Source of the DNA: Sphyrna mokarran
Lineage: Eukaryota
Reading direction: 5' to 3'
NCBI GenBank assembly: GCA_024679065.1
Contig: JAGIQG010000008.1
Location: 96,782,001-96,846,000, forward strand
Length of the DNA: 64,000 nt
The position numbers and the translations under genes are program-made. Positions 39,261-52,847 of this stretch are shown piece by piece (the stretch's first letter is position 1; the number at the start of each line of letters is the position of its first letter). Below the pieces are notes generated by a model. That model was not told the origin of the DNA and made no database searches. It saw nothing but the letters and a program-made list of their open reading frames with translations.

Positions 39261-40009
39261 ACAGAGTAATTTCACTGCAGTGTTAATGTAAGCCTGCTTG
39301 TGACTAATTAAGGAACTTTAAACTTTAAAAAACTCCATGATTCTGTAACATTGAAAACAAGCAAAATAAAGCGAGAGATATATATATATATTATATATTA
39401 TAGCAGATGACCAGGAAGCAGGGTTAGCTATAACAGTTTGTGCAGCAATGAAATAAAAGTGACATTCACTTTAGCAATCTGAGACTTTAGCAGAGTAAAT
39501 GTAGTCAGAAACTAATATAAAATGTTTTCATACTGTAACTATGTTACAATGAAATCAGTGTTTTGCTTTTTTTTGTTTTTATTCCAACCAAATCAAGTCC
39601 AATTCAGAGTCTTAACAAAGTTGAGACATTCCCAAACCAAGCTGACAAGACAGGGTTCTGACCTCTGTCTTGGGCTTGATCTACATGATCCAAGCTGATT
39701 GGAGTAAGCATGGCTCCTCCTCCTTCAAGGCTTGATCTTATTTACATTTTAGCCAAAAGGCCAAGTTGCTGCTAATTGCTTCAAATGAAGCTAAAATGTA
39801 ACTTAATGACTATAACCAATACTACACTTGATCTTAACCAAAAGGTCAGGCAGTGTTTTGCCAGTCAGCAGGCTTTGTGAATTTACTCAAACTGTTCCAA
39901 TCCAACAGCACAATAATATAAAATGCTTCCCTTTCATTTTGTGTTTGAACTCTGTCCTGATAAGAAACATTTTACTGTTTTATAGTCAAGCGTCCAAAGG
40001 TCATGTATT

Positions 40010-40024
40010 AGTGAAAGTGAAAGA
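40010..40024 (+). promoter_or_regulatory. Candidate IRF-E/ISRE-type site upstream of the B7-H6-like ATG
   Basis: AGTGAAAGTGAAAGA matches the GAAANNGAAA IRF consensus about 75 bp before the ATG; a GATA site (TGATAA, ~39958) and AAAGGTCA (~39996) lie nearby. Confidence 0.45.
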
Positions 40025-40097
40025 CACAGCTTAATTTGCAGTTGCATGAACATAGTTCTTGAAAATGTTTTAGAAGATCAACGTTCTCAAAACAAGG

Positions 40098-40146
40098 ATG
40101 AAAATTTTGATTTTTTGCGGTGTTGTCTCATTGATTTCGATATCAG
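40098..40146 (+). CDS. NCR3LG1: B7-H6-like gene, signal-peptide exon
   Basis: ATG in aggATGa; MKILIFCGVVSLISIS is a basic-then-hydrophobic leader; phase-1 donor G|GTGAAA joins the IgV exon in frame (G+AC = Asp). Confidence 0.72.
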
Positions 40147-40255
40147 GTGAAAGATTATTGATCTAATTTCTCTTTTCGTATTTGTATAATAACAAAATAT
40201 GAGAGAATAAGAAAAGCGTTTGGAGAACTTTCGCTTTTGTTGCAACCAACACCCA

Positions 40256-41470
40256 CAAGTAAAAAGAGAAATTGTTGGAAATACTAAGCAGACAGCACCT
40301 GTGGGAGGTTTCAGATTTACCTTCCATCAGAACAAGAAAAAAGTTAGTGAAATAACAGATTTAGAACAAGTGCATAGACAGGGCAAAGCGGGGAGGAGAG
40401 AAAGGAAAGAGTAAGTCTGCGACAGTGTGAAAATCTAGAATGATTATGTGATTAAAGAGATGATGATACAATGCAAAATATAAAGCTAATGGGACAAGCA
40501 AAAAGATAAATCATGGAATCATAGAATAAATGGGCCCAGAGAAGGTATAAATGAGAATAGTAGAATTGGCTTCTGTTCAAAAAAATGAGGCACAATTCAT
40601 GATCTGAAATTGTTGAATTCAGTGTTGATCCCAGAAGCTATGAGGTTCTGAATCAACAGTTGAGCTCCTGTTCGTTGAGCTTACATTGAGCTTCAGTAGA
40701 ACAGTGTCGGAGGCTGGGAACACAAAAGTTGGAGTGCGAGTGAGGTAGAGGGTTACAATCACTATCAACAGTTTGGGGGTCTTCAAACTGAAAAGAGGCG
40801 TTCCACAAAGCAGTCGCATAGTCTGTGCTTTGTCGTGTTATTGCAAAAGATACTGCATCCTTAGTACCAAATGTAGTAAATTGAAATATGCTCTTTCATT
40901 TGGAAGAGACTTTAAGGCCAAGGCTTTGGGAAAGGAGAAGGTTAAAATGCAGGTATTACATTTCCTGCACTTGCAAAGGAAGATGCCATGGGAAGGAACA
41001 GATATTGGTTCTGCTAATGAAGCGGACCAGGGTGTCTCAGATGGAGTGGACCCTTTGCAAGGCTGAAAGGAATGGAAAGGGGAGGGTGTGTTTTTGGTGG
41101 TTGTAACATGCTGAAGGTGGCAGAAATGAGATAGAATGACCCATCGAATGTGGAGGCATGTGGGTTTGAATGTAAGGATGTAGCAATCCTATTGTGGTTC
41201 TTGGTGAAAAGGACAGAAAGTGAAAGCAGAAATATAGGAAAAGGAATGGACCCCTCAGTTATGAAAAAAAAAGCATAGTGTCAAGTTGGTATCAAAGTTG
41301 GCATTGTTTGTACAGATGACATGGAGACAGAGAAACTAGGAGAATGGCATGGAATCCTTACAAAAAGGCCGGGTGGAGGAAGTGTAGTTTCTTAATCTGA
41401 ACTCTGTTTCTCACTCCACAGATGCTGCCTGACTTGTTGAGTATTTCCAGCTTTTTCTGATTTTATCTCA
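40256..41470. mobile_element. Decayed element with inverted termini (probably Penelope-type)
   Basis: agaaattgttggaaatactaagcagacagcacctgtgg at the left; ccacagatgctgcctgacttgttgagtatttccagc at the right. Confidence 0.55.
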
Positions 41471-41974
41471 AGTATCCATCTTGTACAATATTTTACTTCT
41501 GTATTAATATTTACCACTGTGAAAGTAATAGTAAAATCCATTTGTTGCTGCTTAGTAAAAGCTCAAATCGACTGCAGTAATCAATATTCTAGTGAGGATG
41601 GTGTGTTTCAAATCTGGCTTCATAATCTGCCTAATCTTAATTCCCATCAGATTCTAGATAAATCCATTTCTGATAGGGATTGCTGGATAACATCTATATG
41701 TCATATATCTAGATTTAGCTTCTAAATTGTTGCTAATGTGGAATTATTTAAGTATATTCATGATTTGTAAAGTATTATCCCTATGAGCCTTGCAGGAAGG
41801 ATATTTAGACATAGTTTTATATTAAAAGCAATACCTCTGCTAGTTAATAAGATAACTAATCATGTTGTGAATATGGTTGATATTTTTCAGTAGTTGCATC
41901 TTTTCTGCTCATTGGCTTTTCGAAATAATCTTTTTAAAAAATTTCTGCAGTGCTTGGAAATTATTAAATAAGAA

Positions 41975-44900
41975 GAGATCTTGAGATGCAAAGTGATGTA
42001 GGTGACCTTGTGGATGAATTGCAAATCAAGTAATTAGGGAAGCTGATAGAATGTTGCAGGAAATTGATACAAAAGTAGGGTGGTTATGCTTTAGTTGTTC
42101 AGAGTATTGATGAGATCACATCTGGAGTATCGTGTACAGCACTGATCTCTTTACTTAAGGTAAAATGTAAATGCATTAGAAGCAGTTCAGAACAAATTTA
42201 CTAGACCTGCCAGGAATGGATGGGCTGTCTTCAAAGTCGTAGAATCATAGTTTACAGCATGGAAACAGGCCCTTCGGCCCAACTTTCTATGCCATCCTTT
42301 TTTTAAAAAACTTCTAAACTAATTCCAATTGCCTTCATTTGGCCCATATCCCTCTATTCCCATCGTACCCATGTAACTAAATGTTTTTTAAAAGATAAAA
42401 TTGTACCTGCCTCTATTATACTCCTGGCAGCTTGTGCCAGACACTCACCACCCTCTGGAAAAAGGTGCTCGTCTGGACACCTTTGTATCTCTCCCCTCTC
42501 ACCTCAAATCAAGCCCTCTAGTTTTAGACTTCCCTACCTTTGGGGTCTATGCCCTCATTATTTTATAGACTTCTATAAAGTTACCCCTCAGCTTCCTAAG
42601 CTCCAGAGAACAAAGTCCCAGTCTATTCAGCCTCTTCTTATAACTCAATCCATTAAGTCCCAGTAGCATCCTAGTGAATCTTTTCTGCACTGTTTAATAA
42701 TATCCTTTCTATAATAGGGTGACCAGAATTGCACAGTATTCCAAGTGTGGACTTATCAATGTCTTGTACAACTTCAACAAGACGTCCTAACTCCTGTATT
42801 CAGTGTTCTGACCAATGAAACCAAGCATGCTGAATGCCTTCTTCACTACTCTGTCCATGTGAACATGTACCCTTGATCTCTTTGTTCTGTAACTTCCCCC
42901 AATGCCCTACCATTAACTGAGCAAGTCCTGCCCTTATTCAACCTACCAAAATGCATTACCTTGCATTTGCCTAATTTAAACTCCATCTGACATTCATCAG
43001 CCCACTGGCCCAATTGATCAAGATCCCGCTGCAATTGGAAATAACCTTCTTCACTGTCTACCATGCCACCAAGCTTGATGTCGTCTTAAACTTACTAATC
43101 ATGCCTCCTATATTCTCATCCAAATTAATAATGTAAATGATAAATAACAGGGGGCCCAGCACTGATCCCTGAGATATACCGCTGGTCACAGGCCTCCAGT
43201 TCGAAAAACAATTCTCTACAACCACCCTCTGGCTTCTGTTAAGAAGCCAATTTTGTATCCATTTATATACCTCACCCTGGATCCCATGAGATTTAACTTT
43301 ATGTAGTACCTTGTCAAAGACCTTGCTAAAATCCATGTAGACAACATCATCTGCATTGCCCTCATCTACCTTTTTGGTTACCCCTTCAAAAAACTTAATT
43401 AAATTTGTGTGACATGATTTTCCATTCACAAAGCCATGTTGATTGCTCCTAATCAGTGCTTGCATCTCTAAATGTTTGTCGATCCTGTTTCTCAAAATAC
43501 CTACTAACAATTTACCCACCACAGGTGTGAGGCTCACCTGTCTATAGTTCCCATGTTTTTCCCTGCAGCCGTTTTTAAACAAAGGCACAACATTTGCCAT
43601 CTCCAATCTTCAGGCACTTCACCCATGACTATCGTTGATTCAAATATCTCGGCTAGGGATTTGCAATTTCCTTCCTAGCCTCCCACAACATCCTGGGATA
43701 AACTTCATCAGGTCCCGCAGATTTATCTACCTTGATGCACTTTAAGACTTCCAGCACCTCCTTCTCTGTAATATGTACTCTCCTCAAGACATCAATATTT
43801 AATTTCCAAAGTTCCCTAACATTTATGCTTTTCTCAACAGTAAATACCAATGAGAAATATTCATTTAGGATCTCACCCATCTCTTGTGGATCCGCACATA
43901 GAATACCTTATTGATCCTTAAGAGGCCCAACTCTCTTCCTTGTTATTCTTTTGCCCTTTCTGTATTTGCCTTATTTGCCAAAACAATTTTGTGCCCCCTT
44001 TTTGCTCCCCTGATTTCTCTCTTAACTGTACTCCTACACCCCCTACACTTTTCAAGAAATTCCTTTGATCCCAGCTGCCTGTGCACATCATGTGTCTCTT
44101 TCTTCTTCTTGACTAGGGCCTCAATATCCTGAATCATCCAGGATTCCCTACTTCTGCCAGCCTTGCCCTTCACTGTAAAAGGAATGTGTTTATCCTGAAC
44201 CCTGGTTAACACACTTTTGAAAGCATGCCACTTATCAGGTGTCCGTTTGCGTTCCCATAGATTCCCCCAATTAACTTTTGAAAGTTCCTGCCTAATACCA
44301 TCAAAATTGGCCTTGACCCAGTTTAGAATATTAACTTTTGGGATAGACCTATCATTCTCCATAGCTGTCTTAAAACTAATAGCATTATGGTCACTGGTCC
44401 CAAAGTGATCCCTCACTAATACTTCTGTTACCTACCCTTCCTTATTTCCCAAGAGAAAGTCAAGATTTCTCTAGTAGGGTCAACCACATACTGAATGAGA
44501 AATTCCCTCCATCCAACAAATTTCTCTCCATCCAACCCTCTAATACTATGGCTGTCCCAGTCAATGTTGGGAAAATTAAAATCTCTGACAATTACCACCT
44601 TATTTTTTATGAGGAGAGATTGGATAGGTTAGTTTGTATCTATTGGAGTTTAGAAGAGTAAGAGGCAACTTGTTCAAAACCTTTAAGGTCCTAGGAACAT
44701 TGACAGGATGAATGTGGAGAGGATGTTTCTTCGTGTTACTGAATCTAGAACTGGGGTCACTGTTTAAGTGCAAAGGGTGACAAAATTCAAAATGCCACGA
44801 GAGGCCAAAAATGAGATTTATGCTGGTGAGACCTCATGATATCTTTGTCCTCATCACCACCCCATACCCTCTCCATTGATTTAATGCAGTTCACGCCAGG

Positions 44901-45720
44901 AAGGACAGTAAAGTCATTAAAAAGCAATTAAATATCATTAGTGGACTTCCTTGTTTTTACTGTCCCATCACATTTGGTATTTTCCATTGGTAAGGTTTAC
45001 AATATGTCTAAACCAGAAAGGCAAAGAGGCACACAGCTAAGTGCAGCCTCCTGGGGAGAGAGGAATATTTCCAGCAGTATGCTGGTAGTGCCCTGATACT
45101 TCACTGGGTGTCAGTACAGGGCAGTGCCAGGATCACTACCACATCCTCCAGAGAGGTCCATGAGGGGATTCCCTGTACCTGTGGGATGGGTGCATCACTG
45201 TGTGTCTGCTGGAGAGAGATAAGGTCCCTTTTTGGGTCTCTGCACCTGTGAGGAAGATCTTTGCTTTTACTTCTAGTGCTAGATCGGGATGCCCTCCATC
45301 TCTGGAAAGCCAATGTTTCAGTGGCGAAGGACTCTTCTCTGACATTTTTTTCTTCAAAGTGTTGGAAACTATGGCAACAAAAGTCAGCTGTGCAGCACAT
45401 GACTTTTCTTGCCTGAGTCTGCACTTTGTTAAAAAAATGGAAATTTCAGCCCAGGATGTCACTGATTAAGAAGGAATGTTTTTTTTCAGAGGCTTGCGAG
45501 TCTCTGGAATTTTCTTTCTCAATAGCAGTAGAAGCAAATCTTTGAATATTTTTAAGGCAGTATTAGGTGAATTCTTCATTAACAATATGTTGAAAGGCTA
45601 ATGAGGATGGGTAGCAATGTAGTGTTGAAGGTACAATCAGATCAGCCATGACCTTATTGAATGATGGAGCAGGTTCATGGGGATCAGTGGCCTTCTCCTG
45701 CTCTGAATTTGTATATTTGT
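41975..45720 (+). mobile_element. Decayed CR1 3' part, split into 41975-42230, 44608-44780 and 45468-45720
   Basis: HLEYRVQ...GLS|YEERLDRL is continuous across the insert; CR1 3' UTR at ~45600-45720. Confidence 0.75.
42231..44607 (-). mobile_element. CR1 (EN + RT) nested antisense in CR1
   Basis: ORFs 43943-44416 (SDHN), 43653-43880, 43058-43606, 42846-43064; tail at 42240-42285. Confidence 0.92.
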
Positions 45721-47977
45721 AATTGCATGTGCCTGGTGGACTTTAACTGGTGTCTCAGTGTTGCCCTTTACCAGTGTTATACAGATTTCTGTGTTTTAAC
45801 CTCTGTGGTGAATAAACACACAAAGTCGACTTTTAATAGTTAAACACAATATTCTTTATTCTGTAGTTACTTAAACAACAGTAAAATGCTTGCAATTCAA
45901 AAACCAAATACCCACTATCGGTTACTTTACTTCATTTGAGGTTGGTTCCAGCTTGAAATTAAAACCTGGCCAAGTTTTGTTGTCGTATGGTATTAGTCCT
46001 TTGTTCTTTTCTTCTTGGAGATGATGTCTCTCCTTGTGAGCTTGGTCCCTGGGTTCTTCACACTGCCTTCTCAACAAGCTCTTTGTGTTAGCACAGTTAA
46101 AACTCCAAAGGTTCCTTGGTAACCAGCCAATGAATTGATCAGAAATCCCAATTGCATAGTTCAATTAGAACAATCAAATACAGCCAGATAAGCCAGATAG
46201 TGGTATTGGTCACTTCAGACTCCACCATATCTAGGCCCCTTAAGTGCATAACAAAGGAAAGACAGAAGATGTATTGAAAGTAAAACTCATTATAATGTGA
46301 ATTTCATTTTACACTTGTGCAAGTTCTTGAAAGTATAACAGGAACAGAAATAGGTAATTCAGATCCTTGAGCTTGTTTTTCCATTTAGTACGATCATGGC
46401 TGGTCTCAATTCCATGGTCATGGTCTCAATTCCACTTTTCTATCTGTTGTCCATAATTCTTCAATCTATTACTAATTAAAAATCTGTCTTAACTCCACTT
46501 TAAATTTACTCAACACTCCAATATCCACTGCACTCTGAAGTAGTAAATTTCAGAGATTCACAACCCTTTGAGAGAAGTAATTCTTCCTCATCTTAGAGTA
46601 TGAAGGCATACAACTAATAATAAAAGTAAGTGCTAAGCAATTTTCCAAAAATTATGGCCCATGTTGGAATCTTCAAGTAACTAAAGAATGTTAAATTAAA
46701 TTTTTCATATAAGATGAAATTAAATAACTTCCATATACATATTGTTTCTCTGTTCAATTGCTTAAAGCATTATTGAAATATTGTTTAGATTTTAAAACAT
46801 TTGTGAAGATGAGAGAGGCATTAAGATAGTATGATATGGCATTCACAGTGACTTTATTTGGTATTGTTACTGTCCTTTGCTTCATCTGAAAGTATTTATT
46901 TTTATTAAGTTACAGGGGGCAGATTTTCAAGATAATCAGATTACTGATTGATTTTTCGGACTGCATTGTTTCCTTATCTGAAATTGAGTTTTGCTCTAAA
47001 TTGTATTGTAATGTTGACTCAGTACAGTGCTCTAATTTGGTAATGTCACACAAACAAATGAAACCAGGGCTCATAAAAAAATTAGGAATACAATTAGACC
47101 CTAAGAGAGGCCATATAAAGTTGCAAGAAAAAGTAGCAAGCCTCAGGATTGGAAGTAGTTCAAAATTCAGCAAAGAAGGACCAAGAGATTGACTAAGAGG
47201 GAAAAATAGAGTACGAGAGTAAACATGCAAGTAATATAAACACAGACTGTAAAAGCTTCTGTGAGTATATAAAAAGAAAAAGATTAATGAAGATAACTGT
47301 ATATCTAAAATGGGAGAGTCTATAATAGATAACAAAGAAATGGCAGAGCAATTAAACACTTCTTTAATTCTGTCTTCATGGAAAAAGACACAAATAACTT
47401 CTCAGAAATTCTAGGGAACCCAGGATTTAATGAGAAGGAGGAATTGAAGGAAATTGGTATCAGTTAAAAAATATTGCTAGAAAAATTAACGAAACTGAAA
47501 CCCAATAAATCTTCAGAGACTGATAATCCACATCCCAGTGCAATAACAGAGGTGGCCATGGAAATAATGGATGTGTTAGTCATCATCTTTCAAAATTTTG
47601 TAAATTCTGGAACACCCCCAGCAGATTGGAGGGTGGCAAATATAATCATATTACTTAGAAAGAGAGGGAGGGAGAAAACAGGGAATTATAGACTGGTTAA
47701 CCTAACATCTGTAGTAGGGAAAATGCTGGAGTCTGTCATAAAAATTGAACTTCGTATGGGACTTTTCAACACAATTAAACAAAATAATGTTTGACAAACT
47801 TAGTATTTTGAGGACATGACTTGAACAATAGATAAGGGAGAACCAGAGCATGTGGAATCTTTGGATTTTCAGAAAGTTTTCATAAAGTTCTGCTTAAGAG
47901 GTTAGTGTGCAAAGTGGATTGGGGTAATGACATGGTTTGAGAATTAGTTAGCAATCAGGAAACAAAGACTGGGAATA

Positions 47978-48767
47978 TGTAGGAGAACAGTGACTACGGC
48001 GCCACACAACACTGCCACAGTAACCTCTGCAAGACATGCCAGATCATCAACACGGTTGCCATCATCTCACATGAGAACACCATCCACCAGCTACATGGTA
48101 CATACACTTGTAACTTGGCCAACGTTGTCTATCTGATGCACTGCAGGAAAGGATGTCCTGTGGCATGGTACATTGGAGAGACCATGCAGACGTTATGACA
48201 ATGGATGAATGAACACTGCTTGACAATCACCAGAGTGTTCTCTTCCTGTTGGGGAACACTTCAGTGGTTACAGGCATTCGGCCTCTGATCTTTGGGTAAG
48301 CATTCTTCAAGGCGGCTTTCACCACCCACGACTGTGCAGAATCACTGAGCAGAAACTGACAGTCAAGTTCTGCACACATGAGGATGATCTCAACCAAATT
48401 CTTGGGTTCATGTCACACTACCTATAACCCCCACAACTTGCCTGAGCTTACAAAATCTGACTAACTGTTCTGGCTGGAGACAGTACACATCTCTTGAACC
48501 TGTGCTTAACCCTCTCTCCACTCACATTGTCTATACCTTTAAGGCTTGATTATCTGTAAAGACTCACATTCCAACCATTATTTTGTAAATTGAGTTTGTT
48601 CTTTATATGCCCTGTTTGTGAATAGAATTCCCACTCACCTAATGAAGGGGCAGTGCTCTGAAAGCTAGTGGCTTGTGCTACCAAATAAACCTGTTGGACT
48701 TTAACCGGGTGTTGTGAGATTTCTTACTATGTTTACTCCAGTCCAACAGCGGCATCTCCACATCATA
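47978..48767 (+). mobile_element. Penelope-like element 3' part (GIY-YIG + terminal repeat)
   Basis: CKTCQII...NVVYLMHCRKGCPVAWYIGET; homologous to 38790-39260; terminal region with aataaa. Confidence 0.9.
48636..48670 (+). ncRNA. Minimal type-I hammerhead ribozyme motif (core mutated)
   Basis: CAC-CUAAUGA-AGGGGCAGUGCUCU-GAAA-GCUA-GUG: stem I CAC/GUG, stem II, GAAA; CUGA is changed to CUAA. Confidence 0.6.
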
Positions 48768-49351
48768 GAGAACCTAGAACAAGGGGTCACAGTTTAAGAA
48801 TAGAGGATAGACCATTTAGAACTGGGATTAGGAGAAATTTCACCAATCATGGGATGGTGAATTTACAGAAATTATTATCACAAAAGATTATGGAGGTCAA
48901 GTTACTGAATTTTTATGAAAGGGATAGATTTCCAAATACTAAAGGCATTAAGGGATACACAGAGAGAGTGGGAGAGCATGATGTTAGACAGAGTATCAGC
49001 CATGATTATCTTGAACAATGGAATAGTCTCGAGAGGCCGTATGGCCTACTTCTACACTGATTTTTTTTATGTTTCGATTCTGAAGAAAGAACTATGATCA
49101 GTTTACAACTATAAATTCCTTTTTATACCACACAAACTGATTGGCTTTGCCCTCAGAAGATCTTGCTGTGTAAGTTCTACATATTCCATAACAATTGCTT
49201 TAAATTATACATGGTACACATATGTAAGTTGTTCTTTTTGATCTTTAAATAAATGTGCAAATGTATCTTTTAGACAAAACTATGTAGTATTATTTCAGTG
49301 GCATATTTCCTTGGCTGTTTTCATGACTTTTTAAAAATTGTTTTTTTAAAG

Positions 49352-49690
49352 ACACGATAAATCTGAAGATATTTCAAAGCCCATTGAAAGTATTATTAAA
49401 TGAAGATGTTCTCCTGAAGTGCAAGGTAACTGGCTATGTTGGTGACACCATTGATCCAAAAACTGTTGGAGTTCTTTGGATACTTGATGAGCAGACAGAA
49501 GTATATTCTTTCATGGGAGGCAATCATATGACAAAGCGACCTGGAGCAAACATTTCTGATAGGAACTTATCAAAGGGAGATGTTTCACTGTACCTTCCAA
49601 AAGTACAGTTGACAGATGAAGGAAGGTACACTTGCAAAGTCATCGTAACTCCTGAACGTGCAGAACAGACTTCAGTAATGCAGGTCTTAG
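49352..49690 (+). CDS. NCR3LG1: B7-H6-like gene, IgV exon
   Basis: Acceptor ttttttaaag; 339 nt; C...W...RPGANIS..LSKGDVSLYLPKVQLTDEGRYTCKVIVTP closely parallels the B7-H6 IgV pattern ([36 protein letters not shown]); donor G|GTAAGT. Confidence 0.88.
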
Positions 49691-50384
49691 GTAAGTGTCT
49701 AAAAAAAACACTGTGGCACCTTCTTGTTACTTTTTGTTAAATGATACCAAATCTATAATTAATAATTATTTCCTCCGAATCATTCCTATCTATAACCCCA
49801 TAAGTTTGCCAGAAACATAGAAGAAATCTTATTTAGAGACATATTTCTGCACCACTTCCTGTGGAAGTTGTATGGCAGAGCCTCCTGCTGCCTTCTCAGC
49901 CTTGCCTCTTGCCTGAGGTGTGATCCTCAGATAAAATCACCACCAGTCAACTCTCTGCCTCAAAGGGGAGTGCAGCCTATGGTCATATGGGATTATGGTG
50001 ATTTTAGTTTTACAGTTTAACCCCATTATATATGGGGAGTAGTGGGAGGGTCACAAAATTTAAATATGCCTAGCTTGTGTGTTTATTGCTGTAGAAATAT
50101 CTCAGATGCTTATATTCACGCTGAGATTGAATGCTGACACATTGTCACACAGATCGGTGTTCAAGAGATTGCTGCTTTTGCATTTCCATCAGCTTCCTTT
50201 ATAAGATACAATTTAAGAAAATAACTCATTTACATTGCTGAGGGCTTGATCAGATTCAATCTTTATTTGGAACACACAAACCATATACAGCATGTCATTT
50301 TCCCTCTTTTTGACCTGAGCTACTGGGAAAAGGAAGCCAAAATGTTCAATGTTGGGAGTTTCCAGATAAGGTTATGAACTTATG

Positions 50385-51990
50385 AACTTTTACCACAGGT
50401 TGTGCCTATTTTCGGACGTAAATTTGATAAAGTCGGTCGTGAGGCGAGTAGCATGATCTGCATCGGCTTCCATGCTTTACCAAGGCCCAAAAATGGACGT
50501 GATCGCAACAGCAATTTAAATGCATTTGCATGCAATTAAATTGACTTAATGGGCTGCACGCCCAACTTTATCAGAATGTCCCCTTTTACCACCACATTTG
50601 CCCATTCAGAATTGGCAAGAAACAGATGTGCTCCATAGAAGTCTGATTCGGGCACTCCAGTTTGTGAGGGTATAGGTGCCTCGCATCTGATGGCTCTCTG
50701 CAAGAGATCAGTGGCATGAGTGGGGGAGGCGGTAAAGTGGGCTGCTTTTTTTGCCTGAGATCAGTGGTAGAGGGAAAGGAAGGCTGTCCACTGCCACTCT
50801 GCTGAGATCAGTGGGGGTGAAGGGATGGTTTGCTGCCACTCTGTCTGAGATTGTGGGGAGGTGGCGGGGCGGCGGGGGGGGAGGGGGGAAGCTGGTGAGG
50901 AGCCCACAATCGGTCTGGGTAGTGGGGAGGGGTAAATAATGTGTCCATTAGGGCCAGGAGGTGGCATTATGGGGCCCCAGGGGGATGTGGCAAGGTAGCA
51001 GCATTCTCCTTTTTTTTTGCGCATGCGCAGTTGGAGGCACCGATCGAAGCTGCAGGGTTTCAGATGTGTCAAGCCCTGCCCACAGGCTTGTGCAATACGA
51101 TTCGGGATCACTGATGTTCTTGCAGGGAGAGTGCGTATGGGGCGCCTCTGAATGGATCTAAAATACCTCCAGTTTCAAGTCCGCCCAGCACTTAGAATAA
51201 AAATGGTAAAATAGAATCCTAAGCATGGTAAAGTCGGACATGAAGCCTTTAATGCGATCCATGTCTACATCCATTCAAATGGCCTCGTTACCGAGACCCG
51301 GGAATGGCCATGATCTGATTTGGGCCCAAAACGGGCGCAACGGCAATTTGAATGCATTTGCATGCATTTAAATTGAATTAATGAACTGCCCACCCAACTT
51401 TATTAGCATTTCCCCTCGATCATTGTTTAGTGGGGCTTGGAGGGAGGAGGGGCAGATCGTCGTCTAGTTGGTGGTGGGGGTGGGTGTGGATGGTAAAGAA
51501 GGGAGGCCACATCATTCTCTGGTGAAGGGGTTTGGGGGAGGCGAGTAAGATGTATCTTTGGTAGGTGGGGCACGGGGGCAGAAGGTGGTCCGCTGCCACT
51601 CTGTGAGCAATCGGTAGGGGGCAGGGGGCCGTGATTGATCTGTGTAGTGGGGGTAGATGGATAAGGGGGGCAGTTATGTTGTGGAGTGGGGTGATGTCTC
51701 TGGGGGCCAACGCTCCTGCTTTTTGCTCCTGGGCCGCTTTCTCCACTTTTTGCGTTCCAGGAGCAATCTGTCATGCGTACGTTTTTTCAAATATTTTTCT
51801 AACTGCGTGTGCATAATTCAGAGCTCCGATTGTTTCAGACACGCTACGCCTCTCCTAGAGTGTGATTCAGATCCACAACTGTTTTTTCAGAGTAAGTGCA
51901 TACGGGGGCTCCTGAGAGCAGATTTCCAAGTGGGATCTGAATTGCGCCCAGATTCAGCATTTGGAATAAAATGGTAAAATTGGGCTCTAT
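50385..51990. mobile_element. Two tandem copies of a non-autonomous DNA-transposon-like element
   Basis: Shared blocks gcaattt(a/g)aatgcatttgcatgca (50512 / 51344) and ends gaataaaatggtaaaat (51196 / 51964). Confidence 0.6.
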
Positions 51991-52307
51991 GCCTCTGTTT
52001 CCTCTGATTTGAAAATAAAGTTTGAAAAAAGACAAAGATTCCAATTCGTAAAATTCCATTTCAAACCATAAGTCATTTTGGTTTGTTGGAAGTTCAATGA
52101 CTTAGTGACACCATAAGTTGTATTCAAACATGAAAGGTGCCATTTGAGAATGCAGAAAGGGAAAGGAAAGGATTTGGTTCAAATCTTAAGATTTGCATTT
52201 TCTGGTTTTAAGTAACTTACCTGTAAAGTGCTACCTTGCCAGCAGATTGCTGTTATGTAATTAACCTACACAATTTGCACTTAAATTTATATTTGCTTTT
52301 CACACAG

Positions 52308-52628
52308 CACGACCAAATGTTCAATTATCCACACAATCAATTACAATTCAAAGTGGTTCAGAGGGATCTGTGAGATGTGATGTTACTGGATTTTATCCTC
52401 AACAGTTGGACATCAGCTGGGTCAAGATATCAAAGCAGAAAACAGAAAATGTTCCATTAGAAAAATATACAAAACATTTTGTCAACAATCATGACAAAAC
52501 ATTTAATGTTTCCAGTCAGCTGAGGATTCAAGCAACAATGAAAGATGATGGTAATAAGTACGGATGTGTGGTGGAACATTCAACGTTTCCTGATGGTTTC
52601 ACAATTGAATCTGTGCTCAATGTGACAG
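52308..52628 (+). CDS. NCR3LG1: B7-H6-like gene, IgC1 exon
   Basis: Acceptor cttttcacacag; 321 nt; CDVTGFYP..ISW...NHDKTFNVSSQL...YGCVVEH is the C1-set signature; donor G|GTGAGT. Confidence 0.9.
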
Positions 52629-52847
52629 GTGAGTTCTGCTATGGAAGAAATGTGAGTGCGAGAGGAGGGTGGAAGGAAGGAGAGGAGGAGGGTTGAGTGA
52701 GTGAAGGAGGGATGGGTGAAAGTAGGGGAGAAAATAGATCTGGTGGATGCATGACAGAAAGAGTGATAAGAAATGAGAAAGAGTGGCTCGTATTTCATTA
52801 ATCCTTTAATATTTTAATGACTAATTCATTAGTTATCCATTACAGAA

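Larger units (their letters stand above)
47050..49082 (+). mobile_element. Decayed CR1 with a Penelope insertion
   Basis: PADWRVANI...GNYRLVNLTSVVGKMLES (47474-47794); 3' end at 48768-49082. Confidence 0.8.

Noticed and set aside
49352-52628. Tapasin or SIRP identity for the IgV-C1 gene
   Set aside because: A single V + C1, a leader directly before V, no charged TM residue, and RPGA/VTP motifs fit B7-H6 better; not formally excluded.
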